From assembly GCF_052425735.1 (NCBI RefSeq), contig NC_135758.1, positions 37,200,001 to 37,264,000 of the forward strand: a stretch of DNA of 64,000 bases, written 5' to 3'. The notes under the pieces were generated by a model. It was not told the DNA's origin. It did no database searches and saw only the letters and a program-made list of their open reading frames with translations. A program made the position numbers and the translations under genes. This document shows, one piece after another, positions 1-12,835 of the stretch (its first letter is position 1; each line of letters opens with the position of its first letter). Origin of the DNA: Oculina patagonica. Its lineage: Eukaryota.

Positions 1-2859
1 CATCACTGAACAGACCAGGTGCTTTGCGAACATTAACAAACACGCAGACTGCTTCAGTTTGGAGGCGAAAAAAAATCTGAAAACAGAACGATTCAGCTGA
101 AAGGATTTCTACGTTGGCATGAAAAACTCTGCATGAAATAAAAACATCTGTGAAAAAATATGGCAAAAATATTTACAGAAAACAAAGTTTAAGACGCCGA
201 GATTAATGCGGATCCTGTTTGTGACCTGAATATATGAGCTACAATAAAATAAACGGAGTTTGCATGTTTTAAGAAACTTGTAATTGATATGTGCCCGCAG
301 CACGGAAATGGAGTGAACATGATTTGAAATCAAAACCACAAGTGAATCAAAGCTTTATTGCGCCAGAAATGAAAGCCTTAAGATTTGCAAGTTATCTACC
401 AATACAAATGTACCTATTTCAGCTTCTAGTGAAAGTTTAGAAAGAAGTTTAGAAATCTGATTTTCTGATTAAAGCTGACAACGAAATATACCGTGCGCGA
501 GATGATTTTTTTGCAGAACAAGCCTGGTGCATTTTTAATGTGATTTTCTAGAGCTGACCTAATGTACTTTATTGGACTTACCTGTCATAATTGTGAAGTC
601 GATATCATCCACTTTGCGTCGCGTTTAAATAAGAAGAGTATTAGCTTTGCGTGTGTGCCGTAAAGTTTTATATTTTCATAAATAAATTAATGGGCATAAG
701 AGGGCCGTCGCATAATCCTCCCCGCGCAGTTAAGTACTAAGTACACACAAAAGAAGGCATTAAGGTGTTTTTTGCACGAACAAGATCTTGACAAATGTTC
801 TTGTTATTAATGAGACTGAGACGGGCGGATATCAGGAGTAAGGGGAAATGACACACTGAATGGAAAGAGCGATACATTAGGCTGAGTATCACACGGAAGC
901 TCCAACGAAAAACAGTCAATTTCAATTCCCAGCTTCAATTAATTAACGGTAATTTACACATTTTTCAATCTCTTTCTTGCAATGATTTTAATTTTGTCAA
1001 TTTTAAAGCAGATGCTGTGGTTATTTCGATAACAAATAACAATAATAATAATAAAAAAGGTTTTGATACCTCTATTTTACAGTAGACAGTATAAATGTAG
1101 ATCAACAAAATGAAACCATTTAAAAACGAAAAAACCCATTTAAGTGCGATGTGGTTTTATTGTAGTTTGTGCTTTACAATGGCTTTCTTTTTCAGCCTTC
1201 ATTTAAACAAGCCATGATACCTCAGGCTTTTTTCACTCTAATGTTGTTTGGTTTCCGTTTACCTAATTAAGTAATTTCTTTTGGTGGGTCGTCATTTCTT
1301 TTAACAGATGCGAGCGATCACTGAACAATACCCCTAAAATTGGAAACCCATTCACCACAAATCTGCGGATAGAAAGTGCCGGAAAATTAGATCGATGAAA
1401 AGAAAACCCATTTTAAAACGTGCTAATCGGACTAACTGAAACTCTCTCAACAAAGTGTATTTTCTTCCTAAACTACCGGTCTGGCAGCTGTCCTGGATTT
1501 AAATAATAAAACAGCACAAATCTGAACTTTGATTTAGCGCCTACAGCTTCGTAAGTTAAAATAACTTATTTTTCTGTAAACAGCGTTGACGCAGAAATTA
1601 AATCACCGCAAAGTTCCAACTTTCGCTCCCAAAATTGTATTAGTCAACAAAAAAAGGAAGATTTGTTCTAGGATCGAGTCAGTTAGTTGAGTAAAGTTGT
1701 TATTTGATTCGAAGGCTACTAAATATTATCGCCCTTTTGGACTGCATTTATATTCAGATTGCTTTGAATCAACAATGGTAAAAATAACAAAATTGATGAA
1801 TGACAAAAACTCCGTGGGTCTTCCAGATCAATCAGTTCGTGTTTCCATGCTGAACATTTGCGCAAATTGTTTTCCATCTCTGCGGGAATCGACAAATACC
1901 GTCAAAAGCTTATTTCATGGAAGAAAAAAGTTGAAACACTGCTTAATTGTCTTGAAAGCTTTTTCTTTTCTTTTCGATAGTGTTCAAAATTTGGGATCCA
2001 AAACTTACAAACTCTCACAACAATATACGAGTTTATATAATCTGTTTCCCCCCGAAAGGCTCGCCGTTATGTGTGCTAATTTCTCATTCAAATTGATATC
2101 AGCTTCACTTCAAGTTACATTACATGTGAAGAGGAACCAGATTTCTTAAATGTTGTTTGTTGAAAATATTTTAGATTAGTTACAATCTGCAGCTTGCATT
2201 ATTGAAGAAAGGTGAAATTCAACCACAAAGTGGCAGCACTATATAAAATTGAAACGGTTTAGCTGTGCATCATAATCAAGGTAACGGGCGAGATCAATGG
2301 AAAAAAAATCAAAGCACAGTGCTTTTCAAACATGCTCTGTAATACTGCTCTGTTTGTGATTGTTGTTCGACTGTTTGGCTCCGTTTTAAATTATTAAAAA
2401 AGGTTTTAATATTAAAATTCGAGAAATTATTCTCCGTTGCGTGATAATAGCCCCTGACACCTCTAAAATTGAATTGTTCTGATTATAGTTCTTGTTGAAA
2501 CTTAAAATGATAAAAAGGCTGTAAAATTGACCATTTAATTCCAAAATATTCACAAAATAACAACTTCTTCTACATACAGAAGCAGGGCTTAGCCCGGCTT
2601 CTGCATGTAGAAGAAAGCGATCTACACCCCTGGATGTCGACTAGATGGGAAGTAACAATTCACCGAGAACCAACAATGTCACAGCTGGGTGAAAAGGGGC
2701 ACTGTAAAAACAAACAAAACCAAAACAAACAATGTAAAGAACAAACCAAGGAGGAAGAAATATCAAGAGTAAGCACTTTGTATGGCGTATTTTTCCGGCG
2801 TTTCTTTCTTCTCGAGTTTACGGGCACACACTAAGAGAAAAGGTCGTAAAAAGGAGAAA

Positions 2860-3700
2860 TGACATTATCCATCTTTCCATTTGCAACGCTATGGTAAACA
2901 GAAATGATGGTAAAGCTTTATCTCACCGAAAATATTTCCAAAAATAGAAGCACGAAAATGCTGGAAGGAAGTCTTGGAGGCCTGGGATAATTGGATACCA
3001 GGGGTCCAGGAAGTTGGAAGTTCTATAATCAATTGCTACTGAGAAGATAAAGAGTACAAAAGACTTAGCAAGGACAGCCTTGAAAACACTCTGGAGTATA
3101 ATAAGGACGTCGAAAATAAACAACTCTTATGGAAACTAACTGAAATGGAGATTCGACAAAAACGATAATATATTCGAAGCGCAACAGCGAGCTTTTAAAG
3201 AAAAAGAAAAAATGGTTCAGGACAAATTACAAAAATTAGATCACATCATTTGCAATAGTATGGACCTTATTAAATTTATCCCTGGACGACTACGAAGATG
3301 CTTAGAAAGAACTTCAGGCCATTATTGAGAAACAAAAGAAGAGAGGCATGTTAAGGTATAATGCCCGCTGGGTTGAGCTCAGGCAATGTTCTTTCAAATT
3401 GTTACATCGAATTCTTATTACTAGAAAAGAACTAAAGAGATTTGGAATTATTGTTTATGATAGATGTACAGATTGCGGCCAACCTGACTCGATAGAACAT
3501 AGTTTCTTGCATTGTCACGCCACTTTAGGCCTTTATAACAATGTTTTAGATTGGTTTAATGCACAATATAAAGCTTGTCTATTTCTCTCCGCTGAAGACG
3601 TACTCTTAAACATAGATTATTCCAGCCCTAATTACTTCACTAGTCAGACGAACCAAAGTGTTTCACTACTTCTATGATATCTGTATACAAACAAAACCGA
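2860..3700 (+). mobile_element. Decayed, internally deleted L1/Tx1-type non-LTR retrotransposon ORF2 fragment
   Basis: Frameshifted linker peptides (LWKLTEMEIRQKTIIYSK...KLQKLDHIIC...KKRGMLRYNARWVE) join directly to the C-terminal FKLLHRIL...CTDCGQPDSIEHSFLHC zinc-knuckle region typical of L1/Tx1 ORF2. The RT domain is missing. Confidence 0.7.
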
Positions 3701-4132
3701 TCACTAGGATTAGGTGCAGATAAGTGTATACACAAGTTCCGTTTTAGGCACCAAAAAGGCCAGCTACGATTTTCGAGAAGGCAACAGCGGCTCGTAAATT
3801 CGGGTAATAATATACCGTTCCGTAAAATTTTCTGAAGTTTGAAAGTTCAGCTGGTGTATCCGAAAAGATACACTTTGTTAGCGTTTAAAAATAAGGGTTT
3901 AAACGCACAAAAAAGGGCACTTATAGAGTAAAAAACGGTGTTATGATACCTTTAGTAAAATTTTCTCGTTGGGTGCCCCTGTTGTTCGAGAGACAAACAA
4001 ATTCTCAACAAGAATGGAAAATGATAAACTGAATTACTTTATTCACGTAGAGGAAAAATTAAAGGTAGACGTACATGTAAAGAAAAAGAAAAATTCTTTT
4101 CATAAAAAAATAATTTCTTCTTTCTTCGATAT

Positions 4133-6937
4133 TTAAGCACGAACACGGTCAGTATCGTCCATCCACTGAGGCTGTGGTAAAACAGGAGCCTTTTTCTGCT
4201 GGTGTCGAGGCACAAGATTAAATCTGGTTCCTTTAACATCATTTTCCTCGCTATCAGATTCATTGTCAAGATCATCCGAAATCCTTGCCCGCCTGAAGCG
4301 AACTTTCCCCTCGAAATTTGGCTTCTCGTCGAACCTGTCGTGACCGCCATCTCCACTGAAAAGCTTCTGCGGGGCATTAACAGCAGACTCTACAAGGAAT
4401 TTCATCCGTGAAAGGGCAACGTAGACCGTGTAAGCAAAAAGAGCTAATCCACAAGCGATGCATGCTGGGAGGATTAGAGCAGCCATCAATGTCAAGGTTG
4501 CTATGGCGATGATCCCGCCCTCGATGATAACCAATAGGAAAACGCCGAAACAAATAGCCACGCTTGCGAATACCAGGTACGCCAGTAGGGGTAGAAAACC
4601 AGTTACCAGGAATGCGCCCAGGAACAGAGACATGAAGGGTCGTTTCGGTCCAAGATTTACGGCCGTGCCCAGCCACTTCATGGCCATACTTAGGAACTGC
4701 TTGGAATGCCTTGTTACTGAGGCTATCATGGTTATTTCAGCGTTTGGTAATTTGCTGTGGAAAAGAAATTAAAGAAAAGGTTAACAGATGTATCATGTTC
4801 TTATTAAATATTAGCCTCCCACGCAGTCGTTCTTAGGGGCGATCGTGTTAGGCTGATTAAATATTCGCTCAACTTGAAAATTTTGCTACATATCCATTAG
4901 ACCAAGTAAAAAAACAAATGTTTCTTGTCCGATTTTCTTTAAAAAAGAGAGCGGGCGGGCGCTTTTTGTTATTTCCTCCATCGTCAAATTCTCCAGAAGC
5001 GAACTTGCAAAATATATCCTGACCTCTCACGGCCATCAAACTTCGGTCCTAGGAAAATCGCTCATTGAATTCCTTCCCCTATAAACACCCGATAGAGAGA
5101 GCAGTTGCTGGGAACTGTATGATACGCCCTGCCCCTCTTAGAAATTGCTACGTATAAGCAACATCCAAATATATGTAATATCCTTCTTAAATCATAAAAT
5201 GCTACCGTGATTGAGCGATTCGATTTCCGAGTCAAATCAAGCGTCAAAAGCTCAGTGAAACAATGCACAGTAGATGTATGTTAAAATAAATCTAAAAGAG
5301 AGGCCATAGCGAATGCGCACCATACGATTTCACGTACAAAGAGGTAAAAAATCGTGATATAGGATGTAAAGGTTTAAGAAAATACAAGGGATCTTGCCCC
5401 GGCCGATAAAAGAGAGGTGTCCCTTTAGAGAGATTCGCCCATATCAGATGCGGAAACTTGTCTCTCTTAATATTATGTGTGAGCTAACTGTTTGGTTTAG
5501 AAAAGTTCATTTGGTCCGATATATTTAAAAAGCACATTTTTGAAACAGCGACTTTTACAGCACCCTGCGAGCAGAGCCCTTTCTTTTCCACTGATACACT
5601 TGAGAAGAAAAGGGCTCTGCAAGAATCATGTAAAATCTTTTTTGAGCATGCGCGAGGTTTACGCGATGCTTGCGCGTTTAGCTTGCGCGAGGACGATTTA
5701 ATCTTAGCATGCGCGCGCGGAATGGCGTGACGGATCGCACACGACAGCGTGAACAAAGTGTTTCTTTTACAAGTTCTTTTTTTTAAGAGCGTCTGAATTC
5801 CTTCAGTAAAAACACGTTAAGTACCGCTTGAGGTATTATTAGTGAATTTATGGTAGAGATGTGCGATTTTAACAGCGAAATTTCTTCTTGGTTTGCGAAA
5901 AAACCGATATCTTAAATGATCCAAAAGCTGCACGCGCGCACTAACGGTCGCAGATGGCGAGAGCATTCGTCAGCTCTTGTGCTTTCAAGAGCGTACTGTG
6001 GGCTCTGTCTTGACCGTCAGTTTCTCCAAAAATTTATGCCTGCGCAGCAAAAACCGGTTTAATCCGGGCTGACCAGCCCAAACTTTGGGGCTGCGGCGAC
6101 TTCAAAGAAATGACAAGATTCAGGCAGAGCCTCTTTCTACTTTCCAAATCTCAACCGAAGGGAAGTTAAAAGAGGCTCTGCTCGCAGGGTGCTTTTACAG
6201 ATACAGCGAGTTTTTGAGACAGCGTCGTCTTCGAGTTGGTGACTTCTTTAAAATAGCTGCCTTTAGAGATAGTGACTTTTTGATAAAGCGGTTAAAGAGG
6301 AACTATAACAACTTCAAAATAATTGTAGTAACATTAAAATTTTACCGTATGTGCCACTGGTGAAAACCGCGTACAAACTGCGCGTGCAAATTGTGAGTTC
6401 GGTTTTGAACAACGTCAGTTTCCATGGACACCAAAACAACAAATATCGTTTTCAAAAAAAAAATGAAACTGATAAGTTACAGACCCAGACAGGCATGGCT
6501 TTCACTTAACTGTTTCCTGTCTTTTGAACAAAACTACTAAACGACTATAGCGATGCAAAGTACAGATGTAATTGAGGTCATGACACATACAAAAACACAA
6601 ATATCACAATAACTTTTGAAATTCCTTTTTAACAAAAAAAAATCATGCTTAGGTCAGCCAGTCCTTAAAAACTACTCCTTTTTTAACCTTTTTTGACCGT
6701 CAGCGGAACCGAGGTGTAGGCCTAAATTTAATTTTAAATTGTCTTTTTTTGAATGAGTATCAATGAAACATTTTTCAGCTTAAATTAGCAACACTTCAAG
6801 TTCTCCTAAGAACCGCATACGTATTTTGCAATCCGTTATAAATAGTGGCACTTGTAATCAGTGCTGCTAAATAAAGAAAACACGAAATATCTTTATCAAA
6901 AGGCTAAAAATATATATGACTACTCTTACTTGCTCAT
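4133..6937 (-). CDS. LDAF1: Promethin / lipid droplet assembly factor 1-like membrane protein (~209 aa), 2 coding exons
   Basis: Exon 1 is 6937-6930 (ATGAGCAA|gtaag) and exon 2 is 4754-4133 (ttttccacag|C). They join in frame to give MSNKLPNAEITMIASV... The long hydrophobic hairpin with PF..LFL...LP...YL.F and IIEGG is characteristic of the promethin family. AATAAA (minus) lies at 4043-4038. Confidence 0.75.
5561..6191. mobile_element. Non-autonomous DNA transposon (MITE) with 9-bp TSD, in the LDAF1 intron
   Basis: TIRs CACCCTGCGAGCAGAGCC...GGCTCTGCTCGCAGGGTG with perfect TSD CTTTTACAG (5552-5560 / 6192-6200). Confidence 0.85.
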
Positions 6938-8248
6938 GTTATGTGGGGCAGCATAATCACCCTCGATGAAATCGATCAAATCTCAAACAGACGACATGCA
7001 CGCTTCTGACTGCACGCTCGATCGCCGCACGAGATTCGAAATTAACGTCAGAAACAAAACAAATCGGCACCCGCGGAAAAAAACCGTTAAGTTCCACGAC
7101 ATGTAATCGAGACGTAACAGACAAAAGGCAAAGTAACAAATAGAAAAAATTAAGCCTGTTAAGTCGATCAACTGATACAAAGAAATATATTGACAAGCCG
7201 TAGAATGAACTTTGAAATCTATGCAAGACATAGATATGGTCCGAGTTCACTTAGTTCAACAATCATTGTAAGCAAAAAAATGTACTTGTAATTCAGTTTC
7301 CGTTTTACACTAGGTCAATATTTTGAAACAAGTCCATACCCAGAACATGGGAACAAACTTAACCGCGACAGCAATTGCGTATACCTTCTTCCTTTTTATC
7401 TTTTCTCGTTCTGCCGAATTTGCGTGTGATTCTGTTTGCCTCCATCCGCATCTCGCTCACGTTGCGCGCGCTCATTCTTCACACTTCACGTTCCGCGTCG
7501 CACCATACACGTTTTCTTCAGCTATTACGTAACTAAAAAGTCGATCGAGCGCACTTTTATATTGGATACAATAACGCGGAAGACAACAAGTGAAGAGCCC
7601 TCCATTGATCCACAAATCTACACGAATGAAGCTGAAGTAATGCGCACGAACAACGAGTAAGCCAGGCAGCGAATCACACTCACGAATAAAAAAAACTGGA
7701 ATTGCCCGTCTTGCCAGGGAGTCTCGTCGCCAGATATTTTTCGGCGTCTTTTCAATCTTTGAATGAAAGCGTTGGGCTTTTACTTAGCTGTGATTTATCA
7801 TGAATAGTCGGTAGCGCGAATCCGCATTAATTAAACTGAACTGTGCAAGCCACATGAAGCTAGAAGACTTTTAATCTGGGAAACCAAGAAACTTTGTAGT
7901 CAAAGCTTATGTAAACAAAAACCCAAATTCAGGTTAATCATCTGTCGGATACTGCACAGTTCGCAGACACATTGTTGCTGCCAGTATACAATTTCAAGTC
8001 ATTTACGTCACACAAAATTATCTCCATTCAGTTTGAAAGGGAATCAAATAAGAAATTGTCATAAAGGACCAAAAGTTGCTCGAGTGGTCGATTTCCGTCG
8101 TAACATGAAGGACATGAAGCGTTTTGAAATACTTCTATTCTTCTCCAAGATGGGAGGCCAGTCAATAGCATTTTACCCCCCCCCCCCCCCGGGTTACCCA
8201 CACCCTATCCTCCCTTCGCCAGCGCCTTAACATTGACAATAGGCCATA

Positions 8249-8490
8249 CCGTATTTTCTCAATTAAACGTCGGGCTCCGAATAATCGCCGGGTCTTCGAG
8301 CTAGAGTGGTAAGCGAGCCTTTCAGGCATTTATTCGAAGTGTAATATGCTTTAGGTATGATGGCAAATCACATTCATGTCACAAACAATGATTTAATTTG
8401 CTCCAATAAACTGCACCATTCAAATAAACGCCGGATCCACGGAGCCAAGTTTGAAATAAACGCCGGGGGCGTTTAATTGAGAAAACACGG
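8249..8490. mobile_element. Tc1/mariner-pogo-type MITE
   Basis: TA|CCGTATTTTCTCAATTAAACG...CGTTTAATTGAGAAAACACGG|TA: inverted ends with a TA TSD. Confidence 0.8.
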
Positions 8491-8504
8491 TATTCGTATT
8501 CTCG

Positions 8505-8537
<33 letters not shown>

Positions 8538-9124
8538 AATGCGGTAATCTTTTCAAATGCAAATACTAGTCAGCGATCGAACGCGGACCGCCTGATTCCA
8601 AGTCAAACGCACTAACCATAAGGTCGATTAGAGCACCAGCGCTTTTCTTAAGAATTTTTTTCAATAAGGGGTACACTTAAATGGAACGCAAGCTCACACT
8701 AAGTTGAAAAAAAAAATTAATTTCCCAATTTTCATTTTGAAAAGCCTTGAAAAGCAAACAGCCCCTGTGAAAGTATACTTGGTAGCTTTTATTTTAATGG
8801 TCGCATACTTGGATTTCATTCATAATCTTAAAAGTTAACATTACGTGACTCGAGGTTTGAGTCTGGAAGTAAAAGGGTATAAAGTCCAAACGCTCTTGTA
8901 AGAAACCGTTTATAATTTAGTGACAAACGACAAAAAACCAACAACTATAATATCATTAAAATGCAATAAAAAGTATCAAAACACCCGCAAAAAATAAATA
9001 GTTAAAAATGTTAAATGTTAAGTGTCGCTGATTTGAACTTTAACGTAATATTACTCTCTGGCTCTAGTTACCAGGAAGCACGGTTTGATAAAACAAAAAT
9101 GCAGTCAGCAGGCGAGAAAAAAAG

Positions 9125-9397
9125 ATAAATTAAAAATAAATCAACTTTGTTTTACGAGGGTTGCACATAACAGTCTTTCGACTGACAAACCTGTGGCCCT
9201 CGAATTCCCGATCGAATTGGAATTAAGAAGTGTTGGTTTTTGTGGAGGAAGGAAAACCGGAGAAAAACTCTCAGAGCAAGGACGAGAACCGACAACAAAC
9301 TCAACCCACATATGACGCCGGCCCGGTCCGGGAATCCAACCCGGACCACATTGGTGGCAAGCGAGTGCTCTAACCACTGCACTATCCCTGCTCCCCC
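9125..9397 (-). mobile_element. tRNA-derived SINE
   Basis: The minus strand begins GGGGAGCAGGGATAGTGCAGTGGTTAGAGCACTCG (A-box-like), then GGTTGGATTCCC (B-box-like), a conserved body and an AT-rich tail. Confidence 0.8.
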
Positions 9398-11208
9398 GAA
9401 TGCAAAAAAACCCTCAGTGTTGTCTCGATTTTGCAATAAATAGAGATGTTGACTTACCGGCGGTGCAAAAAGAGCTCGTATTCCTTACGTGCAGTTCCTT
9501 GTAGAGTCCGTGCAGTGAGCAGAAAGGATTTTATTGTCTGGAACACCGTCGGATCAGGCCATCTTCGCTACATGCAGCCTGTGACAGTTACAAGTGCCCA
9601 GAAATCAGCTGATTTCTTTTTTCATGTACACAGGTACAAAGTCTGACCTTGAATAACCTTGTATTGTCGAATTCTTGACTTTATTTCCTGTTATTTCCTG
9701 TAGGATCCAGATTACGCAAATATGACGAAACTATCCTGTGTGAGAAATGAGCTTGAAGTCACGCACAGCGCATGAAAAGTCATTCCTTCAATGATAGCTG
9801 AATTATGACTGCATTCATTGGTGCTTTCACAGTAATCCGCATATACCCTGACATTTTCTGTAAATCTAAATCAGGACTTTGTTTTCTTGGCGAACGGTAC
9901 ATGACCAGGCTATTCCTGCTGCAATACGTTTACAGTCAAACCTCGGAAGATTTCCTAGACTGTCCAGAGTTTCGTATTGCATCGGCATAGCACGTGATTT
10001 GCCAGCAAATTTTCGCAATCTTGCAAGGCCTGCAACGCAACTTACAGTTCTTTGCTGAACCGACGAAAAACACGAAAATCATTAAAAAGCGTTTGTTCGT
10101 GTCTTGCTGGTTTCCCTTGGTCAAGGTTTGTCTTGAGGTGGTACAGGCCAGGCAAAGAGTAAGCACTGTGAGCTGTATAAATAAACGTCTCTCAAGACCC
10201 CGGTACAAGACTGACTAGACTCGACTAGACAAGTCCTTGCGGGGGTGCACTATTGTTTTATTCCATTACCGATATTTATAACATAAAAGTTCAGATAGCT
10301 TCCCGCATATACGCCAATGATAAATGTGAAATTTAAATAGCAAAGCAGGAACTGAATGCAGCTAACGTGTAAGAGATTTACCAGTATGCTTATGAAGAGT
10401 CCATAAGGCGAATTCAACCATTGTTTTATGAACGCTTGGAATATAAAGGACTATTGTATTTGGTGGTAATTCCTTCTTTTTTAACTCAACCATTTGTGGC
10501 TAGCTTACAAGGCCTGTTTAGAAGTATATTCACTTCGACTACAAGGTGTCAAAACCCAATAGTAATTCTAATTTCCAAAAACCAGGCTGTCGCATTCTCG
10601 AAAAGCTCTAGTACAGTTCAATCTCTTCTAGTCCTCCCCCAAAGCAGCATACGCCACTAATGAATGGGACAAAGGTGACGTGCCATCAAATGCAAGAAAC
10701 AAGGCTATATTATAAAGGTCAAAGACTAGCTAGGGCAGCTTCTGAGTGAAGCTCTCCTCGCCAATGACTTCATCCTACTAGCGCTCATTACAAATATGAG
10801 AAAAGATTTCCAATGCTGACCTCTTTCTTCTGGAACACCAAGCAGTCCCATTTTTCCCTTATTGAGTAGGAAAAGAAGGCCTTCTCGTAGCCAATCTAAT
10901 GATGGTTTGCTAAACGAGATCCAGATGATGTTGGCTCTTTTGCCTTGTTCCAGGTATCCCAGCTTGGCAATTCCAATTTAATTTGAAAAAGAGGACCTGC
11001 ATAAGAGCCACCTACGTCTGACGTGGTTACGCAGTCGAGTCAGTGACATGTGTTCAGTGCTAATTCCATACACCACGACATTGCCCTCTCTCTTCAAAAC
11101 AAAGATTAACTGAACACATCAGATGCCTTAAGATCTCGGGCTCATACCGGCTCGGTGTTAAACCTGTGAAACTCACCAGCGACGTAAAACAAAGAACGAC
11201 CAAGACAA

Positions 11209-11265
11209 TAGCCTGTGTGCAGCAGTCCCGCTTTTGAGCTGAGCGGGACGACTGCACACAGGCTA
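11209..11265. mobile_element. 57-bp TAG...CTA hairpin MITE
   Basis: TAGCCTGTGTGCAG...CTGCACACAGGCTA flanked by CCAAGACAA/CTAAGACAA (9-bp TSD, 1 mismatch). Confidence 0.75.
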
Positions 11266-11373
11266 CTAAGACAACCGAAAGAACCTCGAAGCAATGTAGA
11301 ACAGGAGACCAATAGCTCCAAATCAAAGGAAAAAAAACATCTCGCTTTTACGGTATTTGTACTTTGGACTGTA

Positions 11374-11631
11374 ACACCCCTCTGTAACAGACCCAGTGGA
11401 ACCCGGCCCAGTGGATTATTTTCCCCTACCCAGTGAAAATTTAGTCTCCCCGGTACTCATCGAATATTTTCATTTTACTCGCCTATTTTTGTGCTTCCCC
11501 AGTGACTGTGCGTTGTGACTTATGTCGAATAAACTTAATTTAGAAACAAGCCCAAATAAGCCGACCCAGTGGGAAATTGACCAACCCAGTGACTTTTTTC
11601 AGATTCCACTGGGTCTGTTACAGAGAGGTGT
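11374..11631. mobile_element. MITE with ~30-bp TIR and apparent 6-bp TSD
   Basis: ACACCCCTCTGTAACAGACCCAGTGGAA...TTCCACTGGGTCTGTTACAGAGAGGTGT, flanked by ACTGTA on both sides, with internal CCCAGTG repeats. Confidence 0.7.
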
Positions 11632-11723
11632 ACTGTAGAACCACGCTGAATGGGAGCCTTTTGTGCGCATCAATCGGTTCCAGTCTCCCGGATGTTATGG
11701 AAAACAAGCCAATAGCAATGAAT

Positions 11724-12050
11724 GATACGATACGATACTTTATTAACGTGAAAGAAGCTTAGCTTTACGGCTAATTTACAGTTAAAAGCTAAATTAACTA
11801 AAATATATACAATATAAAAATGCTAACTACTATAAATAATATAATAACCATGATTAAAAATATAAAAAAAAATCCTTAATTGATTAACATCGCTATAAAA
11901 AGTCCTAAAAAATAAAACTTACAATTTAAAACGTTAAATTTCGAATGTTGCGTTTAAAATCCTTGGTGCCAGCTAGGCAGCGTACGTTCTAGGGAAGTGC
12001 GTTCCATTGTTTTGCGGCGTAATAACTAAAACGATTAAGGCCGTAACAAA
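11724..12050 (-). mobile_element. 3' end of a CR1/L2-group LINE
   Basis: The minus-strand peptide YGLNRFSYYAAKQWNALP (typical ORF2 C-terminus) is followed by an AT-rich 3' UTR and a (GTATC)n tail. Confidence 0.65.
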
Positions 12051-12835
12051 GAGCCGGGGCGAGGGAGGGCGTCCCATGACCCTCCTTTTCTTGGAGTTTA
12101 CACTGGTAAAACTGCAGTTAGATTTTATAAAAGAATTTTTTCACAAGAAAAAAAGTAACGCGTCTGGAATCAGTGTGAAATCGGGTTCTAGAGACCTTAA
12201 AGTTGGAGGCCACGCTTGAAGAACTGACCTTACCACCTGTCTGTAACTGACAATGGAAACTCACGGCCTCGAAAAACTTCAGGATTCTGGTACATGGCAG
12301 TTTCAAGTGTCAATTCGAATAACAACCCTCGCCAGCTCCCAGGACAATACAGTATTCTCTCATCAACTAGTAATGATTTTTTTTCTTGTTAAGCTATAAT
12401 CCCCGCTTTCTTTATTTACATTCACCTGTTGAACGGTGAAGTCAAGCAAACTTAAGTGCGTATACTTTTTTTCTATAATTTATTCTACCCAGGTTAAGTT
12501 TAAAAAGTACACTGAATATGTTTATAAACACTGACTGAGGCTCTTTCGTTTATGAAAGCACTTAGTTTCAATATCTGATAAATCAAAAATAGTTTACCTG
12601 AAAAACAAACAAGCCCCGTTAACCTAACACAACTACGGGATAACAAGTTGTTCACCAACATTCCATTGGCTCCACGTTCTTCCCTACTGTCCACTGTTCT
12701 ATGATCCAAAAGTCCAGTCCAATCTTCTTTCCAGGGAAAACGAAAACGAGGTTCGTTGTCAAGGCTTTATCGAACGCGATAAAATGGAGTGAGTAGAACG
12801 AAGAATTCTAAAAGAAACTTCGAAAACTTCGAGCT

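Noticed and set aside
1697-2149. 150-aa plus-strand ORF
   Set aside because: Starts at TTG, has no recognisable motif or splice context, and lies in probable repeat-derived AT-rich DNA.
9085-9443. Several overlapping 67-94 aa ORFs
   Set aside because: All lie within a SINE.
10690-10990. Possible LINE 3' fragment (GYEKAFFSYSIREKWD)
   Set aside because: Similarity too weak and too short to support a feature call.
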